A stretch of DNA of 64,000 nt from Patescibacteria group bacterium (GCA_041653535.1 JBAZFH010000001.1:150175-214174); one strand, 5' to 3'. Shown: positions 49,701 through 58,148, counted from the stretch's first letter. Notes: generated from the letters alone by a model not told the origin. A program made the numbers and translations.

Positions 49701-50363
49701 CCTTGCGCCAACTTGCAGATTTTAAAAAATAAAGGCGAGGAAGTGGTTCGTGTTGGCGGTATTATCACGACGATGAAGAAAGTATTTACCCGCAGCAACG
49801 ATCCAATGCTTTTTGTTAAAATTGAAGACACTTCTGGCGCTACTGAGCTTATTGTATTTCCCAAGACTCTGCAGACCACCAGTCATATATGGCAGGAAGA
49901 AAAGGCGGTTATTACTGAAGGCAGAATATCAGATAAAGACGGAGAACTTAAAATAGTGGTAAATAAAGCAGCAGAGGTAAGACTTGATATTATTGACAAA
50001 ATAGTGTCAGAGTATAACGGTCCAATAAAAATTAGAGGTAATGGTGGTGGTTATAGTGGTAACGGTAATGGCGGTTATTATAACGGTAATAATAATGGTT
50101 ATACTAATAATAATGCAATTAAGTCATCCAGCCGTATTCCTGACCGCGTAGTGATCAAATTTGATCAGCCGCCTAATCATGCAATGGCTGATAATCTGAA
50201 AGAGATTTTTAGTAAATATCCTGGTGACTATATTGTATATCTTTTGATTAACAATAACGGTAGATGGCAGAGATTAGAAACTCCTTATCGGGTTAATTAT
50301 AATGAAAACTTTCGTGATGAAATAGCACAGATGGTTGGTTGGGGTAATATCAAGTTGGACTAA
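46797..50363 (+). CDS. dnaE: DNA polymerase III alpha subunit
   Basis: HLHTHSHYSLLDG, TDHG, GRGSAAGS, PDIDLD, KMDFLGL, YGFNRAH. Confidence 0.98.
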   Translation: MNFVHLHTHSHYSLLDGLAKLDDVIKKAKDNGMTALALTDHGVMYGAIEFYQKCKKAGIKPIIGVEAYLASGGHQNKRSRIDEVNYHLILLAKNQTGYKNLLKLVSIAHLEGFYYKPRIDWELLEKYHEGIIACSACIQGEVPRAILGGDEKKIEETILRYKNLFGPGNFYFELQSNPGIPEQALVNKGLVEWSKKLDVPMIASNDIHYLNKEDDEAHDVLICLQTKRKKEESDRMCMLGDDFSLRTPEEMVHTFADYPEALENTQKIADSCNLEIELGKIKLPRYDLPEGKTAMEYLEELARNGIKKRFGDNNVDSRVEERLRYELEVIGRTGFASYFLIVADFVNWAKDNGIVVGPGRGSAAGSLVSYLINITNIDPIKYDLLFERFLNPERISMPDIDLDFADTRRDEVIRYVENKYGKDHVAQIITFGTMAARVAVRDVGRVLGYPYAFCDKMAKLIPMFSTLDEALEIEPELKKLYDSDPEAKKVIDTAKKMEGVARHSSTHACGVLITPDPLTEYVPIQYSSSGDDVIISQYSLHPVEDLGLLKMDFLGLKNLTILENTINIVEKIHGEKKDLNNLPLEDVKTFELLRRGETTGVFQLESGGMKRYLKQLKPNQLEDIIAMVALYRPGPMEFIPDFIDGKHGRKKVQYLHPKLEPILAGTYGVAVYQEQVLRMARDLAGFTLGEADVLRKAVGKKIASLLQEQREKFVAGCVKNSMDKTTAEKIFDFIEPFARYGFNRAHAACYGMIAYQTAYFKANYPAEFMASLLTSDKDNMDRIAIEIEECSRMGIEVLPPDINESYSTFTAVAASLESDKPRIRFGLNAVKNLGEAIAKAIIHERKANGQYKNFEDLLSRVRSKDLNKKSIESLAKSGALDNLIERNQIIYNIEKILVFIKDVQQEQDSSQASLFAASTIGPKLSLQLERAPESTKKERLTWEKEYLGIYISGHPYKEYELELRDLTTPCANLQILKNKGEEVVRVGGIITTMKKVFTRSNDPMLFVKIEDTSGATELIVFPKTLQTTSHIWQEEKAVITEGRISDKDGELKIVVNKAAEVRLDIIDKIVSEYNGPIKIRGNGGGYSGNGNGGYYNGNNNGYTNNNAIKSSSRIPDRVVIKFDQPPNHAMADNLKEIFSKYPGDYIVYLLINNNGRWQRLETPYRVNYNENFRDEIAQMVGWGNIKLD

Positions 50364-50425
50364 TAAAAGGTTTTGTTGTATAATTTAGGCGGAAACACAA
50401 TATAACTAACTTTTTATTTTTTTGT

Positions 50426-51601
50426 ATGTCAAGAAAGCCGGCTATACCAAAAATTAAAGGAGTAAAAAGTAAAGGACGTGAGTCGTCCGCAGGTCTTTAT
50501 CGTAAGGTGGTGATAAGCTTCGTAGTTTTGACCGCAATATTAATTTTAGTTATTTTATATTTTTCTTTTGTTTCCACGGAAATATCCTTGATTCCTAGGC
50601 CGCAAAAACATGACATTAGTTTTACTGTTGAGGTTATGGAAGGTGAGGACGGATTATTAACGGATCAAATCAACGGCGTATTTTTTGAAAAAGAGGTGAC
50701 TGGAGAAAAAGAATTCATGGCTAGCGGCAGCAAACCAGTTGCTTCCGGAGAAATAGGACGAGTGAAAATTACTAATAATTATCGTCGTTCTCAGCCATTA
50801 GTTGCTACTACCAGATTGCTTTCAGCTGACCAAACGTTGGTAAGGATTAGTAGTCGAGTGGATATTGCGCCGGGAAAATCTGTTGAAGTGGATGTTTACG
50901 CCGACAATCCAAAGATATTAGAAGGTAGGACTATTCCGGCGGGAACAAAATTTACCATTCCCGGATTGCATCCTTCATTACAAGACAAAATTTATGCAGA
51001 AGCGGTTTCCCCGATTGGTTTAGGTGAGAAAAAGGTGTTGATAGTAACCGATGATGATATCGTTCGTGCTAAAGACGAACTTTTAAAACAACTTGAAGCT
51101 CAAAGTTTCGCCGAACTAGGTTTGGATAGTAAAGTAGCAAAGGCGGTTGTATTGGAAGAAAAAGAAAGTGAAATAGATGCCAGAGCTGGTGATGAAAAAG
51201 AAAGATTTAGGGTAAAAGTTAGAGCTTTGGTTCGCGGTGTATTTTTTGATAAAGACAGCCTTTTACGTTTAGCGGAAAATAAATTAAAAAGTGGAGTACC
51301 AATCGAAGAACAATTAATAGGAGTGGATTATGATTCTTTGGTTTATTCAATCGAAAAATTAGATACCAAGGCGAAAGCTGCTTCGATAAAAGTTCAGTTT
51401 TCTGGTACCTCAGTGATTCATCTTAATAGCCCGGTCATTGCTAAAGAAAAACTAAAGGGTATGAATAAAGGACAATTAGAAAATTATCTTTCTGGTCAAA
51501 ATACCATCGAATCTTTTCAGGTAAAGTTTTTTCCTTTTTGGGTAAAAACAGTGCCGCAACTCATGGACCATATCAATATTAGAGTGCAAGAAAACGAATA
51601 A
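50426..51601 (+). CDS. Single-TM extracellular protein (baseplate-J-like segment possible)
   Basis: One TM, then G.V.I.N...QPLVATTRL...FTIPGL...VTDDDI pattern. Confidence 0.6.
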   Translation: MSRKPAIPKIKGVKSKGRESSAGLYRKVVISFVVLTAILILVILYFSFVSTEISLIPRPQKHDISFTVEVMEGEDGLLTDQINGVFFEKEVTGEKEFMASGSKPVASGEIGRVKITNNYRRSQPLVATTRLLSADQTLVRISSRVDIAPGKSVEVDVYADNPKILEGRTIPAGTKFTIPGLHPSLQDKIYAEAVSPIGLGEKKVLIVTDDDIVRAKDELLKQLEAQSFAELGLDSKVAKAVVLEEKESEIDARAGDEKERFRVKVRALVRGVFFDKDSLLRLAENKLKSGVPIEEQLIGVDYDSLVYSIEKLDTKAKAASIKVQFSGTSVIHLNSPVIAKEKLKGMNKGQLENYLSGQNTIESFQVKFFPFWVKTVPQLMDHINIRVQENE

Positions 51602-51611
51602 CGTTTAAATG

Positions 51612-51639
51612 TTGACAAAAAAAATATAAGTATTAAAAT
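51612..51639 (+). promoter_or_regulatory. sigma70 promoter of the thrS leader
   Basis: TTGACA-16bp-TAAAAT. Confidence 0.65.
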
Positions 51640-51649
51640 AAATAAATAA

Positions 51650-51841
51650 AGGTGATTGGGGTGTCCACCAAACATCCTGCCTATTTTTTGGCATTATAAC
51701 GCTTTAAAGCTATAGCTAAACCTTTAAATAACCAAGTGTTTCGCATTGGAGCGAAAAAATTGGGTGGAACCGCGGGGATAGTAAAAGCCTCGTCCCAAAA
51801 GCATTCGTTGTTAATGAGTGTTTTAGGGATGGGGCTTTTTA
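51650..51841 (+). promoter_or_regulatory. T-box riboswitch (Thr, specifier ACC) with terminator
   Basis: T-box AATTGGGTGGAACCGCG (about 51758-51774), antiterminator partner CTCGTCCC, terminator GCCTCGTCCC...GGGATGGGGCTTTTT; upstream of thrS. Confidence 0.88.
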
Positions 51842-51844
51842 GTA

Positions 51845-51957
51845 GAAAGTTATAAAGTTTAAAGTTCAAAGAAAAATTTAATTGAACTTTATAACTTTTT
51901 ACTTTTGGTTGTTTTAACAACCAATCCCGCCTAGGCGGGATGCCGGCAAAGCCGGCA
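51845..51957. repeat. Heptamer-built hairpin followed by three mini-hairpins
   Basis: aaagttataaagtt...aactttataacttt; ttggttgttttaacaaccaa; atcccgcctaggcgggat; tgccggcaaagccggca. Confidence 0.6.
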
Positions 51958-51981
51958 CTTTATAATTATTATTTAAAACCT

Positions 51982-53784
51982 ATGTCGAAACAAGAACAAT
52001 CAATCGATAAAATTCGTCACTCATTATCGCACATCATGGCGATGGCGGTACTAAAAAGTTTTCCCAAGGCCAAAATAGCTATTGGTCCGATGATAGAAAA
52101 TGGTTTCTATTATGATTTTGACGTTGAGGGGTTAAAAGAAGAAATGCTGCCAGAGATTGAATGGGAGATGAAAAAGATTATTAAATCTGGTATTAGTTTT
52201 GAAAAAAGCGAAATGTCTTTTGCTGATGCTAGGCGGTTTTTTGAAAAGCAGCCTTATAAGCTGGAGTTGATTGATGAGCTGGAGAATAATGGTGAGAAAA
52301 ACGTTTCGATTTACAAATCCGGAGATTTTACCGACCTTTGTAAAGGTCCGCACGTTGATTCGGAAAAAGATTTGGCAGGGGTGGCTTTCAAGCTAGATAA
52401 ACTGGCTGGCGCTTATTGGCGGGGGAGCGAAAAAAATAAAATGTTGACCCGTATTTACGCTTTAGCTTTTACTTCTGCTGAAGATCTTAATCATTTTTTA
52501 AATTTACGAGCTGAAGCAGAAAAAAGAGATCATCGTGTTATTGGAAAAGAATACTTCCTTTTTGATCCGGTAGTAGGTCTGGGGTTGGCTATGTGGAAAC
52601 CAAAAGGAGCACTGCTTTGGAGAATAATAGAAGATTTTTGGTATAAGAAGCATTTAGACAGCGGATATGACTTGGTTCGTAGTCCTCATATTGGCAGTCG
52701 TATTTTATGGGAAACATCAGGCCACTGGAATTTTTATAACGATAGTATGTATCCGGTTTTGGAGGTTGGTCGTTCACTGAAAGATTATCAAGATAACGAT
52801 CATGTCGCTGAAAAGAACAAAGAAGAATATTTGTTAAAACCAATGAATTGTCCTTTTCATGTAAAGATTTACAAATCAGAGCCACACTCCTATCGAGATT
52901 TACCTTGTCGTTGGGCTGAATGCGGTACGGTATATAGATATGAAAAATCTGGGGAATTATCCGGGTTGACTCGCGTTCGTGGCTTTACTCAAGACGATGC
53001 TCATATTATATGTCGTAAGGATCAAATTGAAGAAGAGTTGAAAATGGTTGCTATGTTTATTAGGGAATATTTTGAAGCGTTTGGTTTTTATGACTATAAG
53101 GTATATTTGTCGGTTCGCGATCCAAATAATAAAGAAAAATATGCCGGTAATGACGAAGGCTGGAAGTTTACCGAAGAAATCTTGGAAAAAGTTGCTAAAG
53201 ATTTAAAACTTGACTACATCAAAGAAGAGGGTGAGGCGGCTTTTTATGGTCCAAAATTGGATTATAAGATTAAAGATGTTCTTGGTCGTGAATGGCAGTG
53301 TTCAACGTTACAGTTCGATTTTAATTTACCGGAAAGATTCGACATGACCTTTGTTAATTCTGAGGGTAAAGAGGAGAGACCTTATATGTTGCATCGAGCG
53401 TTAATGGGTTCTTTTGAAAGATTTATGGGGTTATTGATTGAGAATTATGCAGGGGCTTTTCCGGTTTGGCTCTCACCGGTACAGATAAAGATCGTTTCGG
53501 TTGGTTCGGCGCACGTTGATTTTTGTGAGCAATTAGCCGGAGAATTTAAAGCACTCGGTATTCGCGTAGAAGTCGATGATCTCAACGAGACCGTCGGTAA
53601 CAAGATTCGTAAGGCTACGGGAGAAAAAGTGCCGTATATGCTAGTGATCGGTGACAAAGAAATAGCTAGTGATAAACTACAGGTTCGTGTTCGCGGACAA
53701 AAAGATGTGGTAGAATACAGTAAAGACGAGTTTAAAAAGATGATTTTGGGCAAAATCGTTACTCGCGATAAAGAATTAAAATAA
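51982..53784 (+). CDS. thrS: Threonine--tRNA ligase (no N-terminal TGS domain)
   Basis: RHSLSHIMA, DLCKGPH, KPMNCPFH, RVRGFTQDDAH, FYGPK, GSFERF; start MSKQ at 51982. Confidence 0.97.
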   Translation: MSKQEQSIDKIRHSLSHIMAMAVLKSFPKAKIAIGPMIENGFYYDFDVEGLKEEMLPEIEWEMKKIIKSGISFEKSEMSFADARRFFEKQPYKLELIDELENNGEKNVSIYKSGDFTDLCKGPHVDSEKDLAGVAFKLDKLAGAYWRGSEKNKMLTRIYALAFTSAEDLNHFLNLRAEAEKRDHRVIGKEYFLFDPVVGLGLAMWKPKGALLWRIIEDFWYKKHLDSGYDLVRSPHIGSRILWETSGHWNFYNDSMYPVLEVGRSLKDYQDNDHVAEKNKEEYLLKPMNCPFHVKIYKSEPHSYRDLPCRWAECGTVYRYEKSGELSGLTRVRGFTQDDAHIICRKDQIEEELKMVAMFIREYFEAFGFYDYKVYLSVRDPNNKEKYAGNDEGWKFTEEILEKVAKDLKLDYIKEEGEAAFYGPKLDYKIKDVLGREWQCSTLQFDFNLPERFDMTFVNSEGKEERPYMLHRALMGSFERFMGLLIENYAGAFPVWLSPVQIKIVSVGSAHVDFCEQLAGEFKALGIRVEVDDLNETVGNKIRKATGEKVPYMLVIGDKEIASDKLQVRVRGQKDVVEYSKDEFKKMILGKIVTRDKELK

Positions 53785-53791
53785 TAAAAAT

Positions 53792-54778
53792 ATGACCAAA
53801 GCATTAACATTTTTTCTTTGTTTGTTTTTGGTTTTGAACTTTTTTGTTCCAATCGGGTCTTTTGCCGAGAGTGATGTCAATCAGTCAGATGATTCGGCTA
53901 GTAGTGAAGTAGCGGGTAATGGTAACGTCAACACTGACGCTACTGGTGATCCGCAGGGAAATCCCGCGATAAATGAGTCGACGGGCGAGGAGATTTTAAT
54001 TAATGAATTGTTTGATAGCGGATCGGTAAATGAGCCGGTATCGGGAGAAAAAGAAAAAAAGAAAAAAGAAATTATTCCGGCAAGTTTTGGTTTAGTAAAA
54101 GGAGAGCCGATAGTTTTACCGGGAAATCCTTTATATTTTATTAAAGATGCTTGGCGTAAAGTAAAGATATTTTTTACTTTTGATCAGGTGAAAAAACAAG
54201 ATTTGCGTTTAGAGCAGATGAACGATCGTTTGAGTGAAGTGGAGGAGCTTTTTAACCAGCCGGCTGATCCCAAAAGTCAGCAAGTAATAAAAAAAGCTTT
54301 GGATAAATATCAGAAAGAATCCGAAAAAGTTAAGGCTGGACTAATTAAGGCCAAAGAAGAATTGAAAAAAAATGACCAAGTAAATGAGCTACTTAGCAAA
54401 AATACCAGTGATGAGTTGAGTCGAGAATATATACTAAAAAAATTGGAGGATAAAAGTGGATTACAAGACTCAGTAAAAAATGAGATTCGTAGCGTTATTG
54501 ATGATTCGGCTAACTGGTTAGCTACTTTAGTTTCGTTAATGCAGGATCCAAAAGCCATCGAACAAAGTTTGACCGAGGCAGCGGGGACTGGCAGTGTTGA
54601 ACAACGCGCTTACAATCTGGATACCTTGAAGCAATTAGAGCAAAAGACAGTGTCTAGCACCAAATCTATTATTGAGCAGGTACTAGAAAAAAGTCGTGAG
54701 CAACTAAAAAATGAATTAGAAAAGAGCGATTCGGTTATAAATGATAATTTGATGAACGAGTTTATCAATTCGAAGTAA
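53792..54778 (+). CDS. Secreted helical protein with DUF5667-like domain
   Basis: Signal peptide; LPGNPLYFIKDAW.KV..FFTFD..K.....L.....RL.E. Confidence 0.7.
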   Translation: MTKALTFFLCLFLVLNFFVPIGSFAESDVNQSDDSASSEVAGNGNVNTDATGDPQGNPAINESTGEEILINELFDSGSVNEPVSGEKEKKKKEIIPASFGLVKGEPIVLPGNPLYFIKDAWRKVKIFFTFDQVKKQDLRLEQMNDRLSEVEELFNQPADPKSQQVIKKALDKYQKESEKVKAGLIKAKEELKKNDQVNELLSKNTSDELSREYILKKLEDKSGLQDSVKNEIRSVIDDSANWLATLVSLMQDPKAIEQSLTEAAGTGSVEQRAYNLDTLKQLEQKTVSSTKSIIEQVLEKSREQLKNELEKSDSVINDNLMNEFINSK

Positions 54779-54780
54779 TT

Positions 54781-54856
54781 GGTATGCAGGAAGCAGTATA
54801 CGGTATGCAGGGGCTAAGTATATTTCCTGTATACTGTATACTTATCCCCGTATACC
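54781..54856. repeat. Long hairpin of heptamer units (GGTATGC / GTATACY)
   Basis: ggtatgc aggaagc agtatac ggtatgc agg ... cct gtatact gtatact tatcccc gtatacc. Confidence 0.7.
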
Positions 54857-54862
54857 TTACCT

Positions 54863-56173
54863 ATGAAACCTAAATTTTATATAGTCACACTTGGTTGTCA
54901 GATGAATAAAAGCGATTCGGAAAGAATGGCTGGTTTTTTTGAAAAAATAGGATGTGTTGCCACCGATAGTGAAGCTAAGGCCAACATTTTAGTGGTAAAC
55001 ACTTGTTCGGTGAGACGTGCGCCAGTAGATCGCTCTTTTGGCTTTGCGCGTAAATGGAAAAAGTGGCAAAAGAAAAATAGTAAAATATTAACGATTTTAA
55101 CTGGTTGTATTTTGCCGCCGGATCGCAAAGAACTGGAAAGTAAGTACGACGTTGTTGTCGGTATTGGGGAATATAGCAAGGTAAAATTGGCGGTAAAGAA
55201 AAAATACGGTTTGAAAAAAAATAGTATAAAAGGAGAGTACGATGATTATTTAGATATTATGCCGCATCATCATAGTGATTTTTCGGCCTTTGTACCAATA
55301 ATGACGGGCTGTAACAATTTTTGTGCTTATTGCGCGGTGCCATATGTCCGTGGTCGAGAACGCAGTCGGTCTTTACGCGATGTTTTGACCGAAATTAGGC
55401 AGCTGGCTAAAAAAGGATTTTTGGAAATAACTTTGCTGGGACAAAACGTGAATGCTTATCAGCCCAAGGATAAAAAGAATTTTTCCAAAAAAAATCCCTA
55501 TCGTCATAATTTTGCCGCATTACTTTGGGAGATTGATAAGATAAAAGGAGCTGAAAGAATATTTTTTACCGCACCGCACCCCAAAGATATGACTGACGAA
55601 GTGATTGATGCTTTGGCGCTACCAAAAATGGTGAATTATTTGCATTTGCCTTTACAGTCTGGAGACGATCATGTTTTACGTCAGATGAACCGTCACTATA
55701 CGGCAAAATATTATTTAGGCTTGATCAAAAAAATAAACAGGAAGTGTCCAGGCATTGCTCTTGGTACGGACATTATTGTTGGTTTTCCTGGTGAGACAAA
55801 AAAACAATTTTTGAATACTCTCAAGGTTTATCGTCAGGCTGATTTTGACATTGCTTATCCGGCACGATACTCTGCTCGTCCCGGTACGGTGGCGGCAAAG
55901 ATGAAAGATAATGTTTCTCTGACGGAGAAAAAAAGACGTTGGCTGGAGGTGCAAAAATTGATGGAAAAAAATACTTTACAAAAAAATAAAAAATATAAAG
56001 GCAATGTAGTTTCGGTCTTGGTGGACGGTTTTAGTAAAGGTAGATATTGTGGTAATAGTTCGGAGATGAAGAGAGTAGAATTCTCCAGTGACAAAAACCT
56101 GATTGGTAAAATTGTTGATGTAAAAATAGATGAAACGCTTACTTGGATTTTGCGCGGTCATTTAGTAAAATAA
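54863..56173 (+). CDS. miaB: tRNA-i6A37 methylthiotransferase (radical SAM)
   Basis: GCQMN, NTCSVR, CNNFCAYC, LGQNVN, DIIVGFPGET, TRAM tail; next to miaA. Confidence 0.93.
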   Translation: MKPKFYIVTLGCQMNKSDSERMAGFFEKIGCVATDSEAKANILVVNTCSVRRAPVDRSFGFARKWKKWQKKNSKILTILTGCILPPDRKELESKYDVVVGIGEYSKVKLAVKKKYGLKKNSIKGEYDDYLDIMPHHHSDFSAFVPIMTGCNNFCAYCAVPYVRGRERSRSLRDVLTEIRQLAKKGFLEITLLGQNVNAYQPKDKKNFSKKNPYRHNFAALLWEIDKIKGAERIFFTAPHPKDMTDEVIDALALPKMVNYLHLPLQSGDDHVLRQMNRHYTAKYYLGLIKKINRKCPGIALGTDIIVGFPGETKKQFLNTLKVYRQADFDIAYPARYSARPGTVAAKMKDNVSLTEKKRRWLEVQKLMEKNTLQKNKKYKGNVVSVLVDGFSKGRYCGNSSEMKRVEFSSDKNLIGKIVDVKIDETLTWILRGHLVK

Positions 56174-56179
56174 TTTTTT

Positions 56180-56326
56180 ATGAATGGCAAAAAGCTAAAA
56201 GCCGAAAAAAGGGAGAAAAAGAGCCTGAAGGCTAAAAAATTTAATAAAAAATCCGGTACACTAGCCGGTCAGGTAAAAAGAATGCAGATTAATAAAAGTT
56301 ATCGTGGAGACGTGAAGAAATTTTGA
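56180..56326 (+). CDS. Small Lys-rich protein (48 aa), absent from the ORF track
   Basis: MNGKKLKAEKREKKSLKAKKFNKKSGTLAGQVKRMQINKSYRGDVKKF; T-rich leader, 6 nt after miaB, followed by a terminator. Confidence 0.5.
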   Translation: MNGKKLKAEKREKKSLKAKKFNKKSGTLAGQVKRMQINKSYRGDVKKF

Positions 56327-56335
56327 TAAAAAGAT

Positions 56336-56362
56336 AAAGGACCTTTGTAATCAAGGTCCTTT
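56336..56362. terminator. Bidirectional terminator-like hairpin
   Basis: AAAGGACCTT-tgtaatc-AAGGTCCTTT. Confidence 0.7.
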
Positions 56363-56612
56363 GTGGGGGCGCGCGCCAGACCAGATGGGTGAGGCGCGGT
56401 TTGAAGTTTTGTAAAGGGAAGCTTTTGGGACATTAGCTAGATTGATTTCTAGCAAAACACGATTATTGGGATAGAGTGACCGATTCCACACACGGTCTTG
56501 TTGGTGTGAAATGCACTGCCACTTAACCGTTACCCCGCTAAAAGCGTTCCCTCTGAACCTGGTTCGTTGGACAGAGATTCGTCGTTGTCGTTGCAGCGAA
56601 ATACTTCGCCAC
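56340..56612 (-). ncRNA. Candidate structured ncRNA of unknown family
   Basis: GC-richer stretch with no ORF in the track and several hairpins, bounded by a minus-strand TATAAT (about 56618-56623) and a terminator hairpin; strand inferred. Confidence 0.4.
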
Positions 56613-56650
56613 GTTTATTATAATACAATATTTAATCTTTTTTAGCTAGT

Positions 56651-57583
56651 ATGAATAATGTGGATAAAAAAATAATTGTGGTTTTGGGTCCAACATCATC
56701 TGGAAAAACCAGGATTGGTGTTAAATTAGCCAAAAAATTTAACGGCGAAATAATCTCGGCTGATTCAAGACAAGTGTATAAAGGTATGGATGTGGGAACG
56801 GGGAAGGATTTAAAAGAGTACAGGGTGGTAAGCAGTGGGCACAGGGTGGGAAAAATTACTTACCATCTGATTGACGTGGTTGGTCCTAATACCGAATTTA
56901 ACGTGGCTAAATTTCAAAAATTGGGTTATGCTGCGATTGAAGATATTTTGCAGCGAGGCAAGATACCAATGATTGTTGGCGGGACAGGATTATATATTAG
57001 CGCAATTACAGAAGGTTATGTATTAAGTGAAAGGTCGAAAGTAAAAAGTAAAAAAGTGAGGCGAAGTCTCGAACCATTAACCTTGAAACAACTTTTGGTG
57101 CGATTAAAGAAGATTGACCCTAAGACGTATAAAATTATTGATAAAAAAAATCGACGGCGTGTGCAAAGGGCGTTAGAAATATTTTATGAAACGGGGAAAA
57201 CTAAATCTGAAGTTGAGGGTAAAAATAAACCACCTTATGATTTTTTGAAGATTGGTCTTATTTACCCACGTGAAGTGATCTTTCGGCGAATCGATAAAAG
57301 ACTTGAAGACAGGCTAGAAAAAGAAAATATGATCGGTGAAGTAAGGCGTTTGCATAAAAATGGTGTTAGTTGGAAGCGACTGGAGGCATTCGGTTTGGAA
57401 TATAAATGGCTAGCAAGATATTTGCAAAAGAAAGTTGGCTATCAGGAAATGGTGGCGGGGCTCGCCCAAGAAATAAAAAATTTTTCCAAAAGGCAAATAA
57501 TCTGGTTTAAACGTGATAAAGATATTATTTGGACCAATGATTACGATAAAATTAAAAAAACGGTTAGTGAATTTTTAAATTAA
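56651..57583 (+). CDS. miaA: tRNA dimethylallyltransferase
   Basis: GPTSSGKT, ISADSRQVYKGMDVGTGK, GGTGLY, RRVQRALE, KRQ..WF. Confidence 0.96.
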   Translation: MNNVDKKIIVVLGPTSSGKTRIGVKLAKKFNGEIISADSRQVYKGMDVGTGKDLKEYRVVSSGHRVGKITYHLIDVVGPNTEFNVAKFQKLGYAAIEDILQRGKIPMIVGGTGLYISAITEGYVLSERSKVKSKKVRRSLEPLTLKQLLVRLKKIDPKTYKIIDKKNRRRVQRALEIFYETGKTKSEVEGKNKPPYDFLKIGLIYPREVIFRRIDKRLEDRLEKENMIGEVRRLHKNGVSWKRLEAFGLEYKWLARYLQKKVGYQEMVAGLAQEIKNFSKRQIIWFKRDKDIIWTNDYDKIKKTVSEFLN

Positions 57584-57584
57584 A

Positions 57585-58097
57585 ATGAAAAACATAGAAT
57601 TAAAATTAAAGCTCAATGACTTTGCCAGAGTTAAGCGCTCTGCCAGAGCGGCCGGAGTAAAAGAGATTAGTGTTTTATATCAAACTGATACTTATTTTAA
57701 TGTTGCTTCCGGCAGACTAAAATTACGAGAAATAAATGGCAAAGTTTTTGAACTGATAAATTATTTCCGTTCCGATAAGAAGAGCTCAAAACTTTCCAGT
57801 TATGAAATATTTAATCTAAATAAAGACCAGGCGATGTTGTTTAAAAAGGCTTTGTCTAGGATTTTGGGGATAAGGGTGACGGTAAAAAAGAAAAGGAATT
57901 TGTGGCTTCACGAGCACACGAGAATACATTTTGATCAGGTGTCAGGGCTAGGTAAATATCTGGAGCTAGAGACTGTTTTGTGGCAAAGTAATTCTGCTGC
58001 GCAAAAGGAACATAAGAAGGTTATTAAGATGCTTGGTTTGGATAAATATAAAAAAATAGCGGTTTCGTATAACGATTTACTTTTAGGCAAAAAATAG
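57585..58097 (+). CDS. CYTH domain protein (class IV adenylate cyclase-like)
   Basis: NIELK, QTDTYF, RLKLRE, V.KKR, H.D.V.GLG.YLELE, SY. Confidence 0.88.
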   Translation: MKNIELKLKLNDFARVKRSARAAGVKEISVLYQTDTYFNVASGRLKLREINGKVFELINYFRSDKKSSKLSSYEIFNLNKDQAMLFKKALSRILGIRVTVKKKRNLWLHEHTRIHFDQVSGLGKYLELETVLWQSNSAAQKEHKKVIKMLGLDKYKKIAVSYNDLLLGKK

Positions 58098-58100
58098 CAA

Positions 58101-58136
58101 AAAATAACGCTTCGTCGTTTGGCGAAGCGTTATTTT
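58101..58136. terminator. Bidirectional intrinsic terminator
   Basis: AAAATAACGCTTCGTC-gttt-GGCGAAGCGTTATTTT between convergent genes. Confidence 0.85.
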
Positions 58137-58148
58137 AGATTTTAGTTT

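Noticed and set aside
51681-51981. 79-aa minus ORF and the MPAKP extension of thrS
   Set aside because: They run through the T-box, heptamer hairpin and mini-palindromes; thrS fits a start at 51982.
56253-56290. GGTCAGGT...GCAG resembling SRP RNA
   Set aside because: It lacks the GGAA tetraloop and AGCAG helix and lies inside the small basic ORF.
56530-56595. tmRNA-tag-like reading NDNDESLSNEPGSEGTLLAG* on the minus strand
   Set aside because: No tRNA-like domain ends (GGGG..GA...TTCGAC / TTCGA.TCC...CCA) were found nearby, so it is not called tmRNA.
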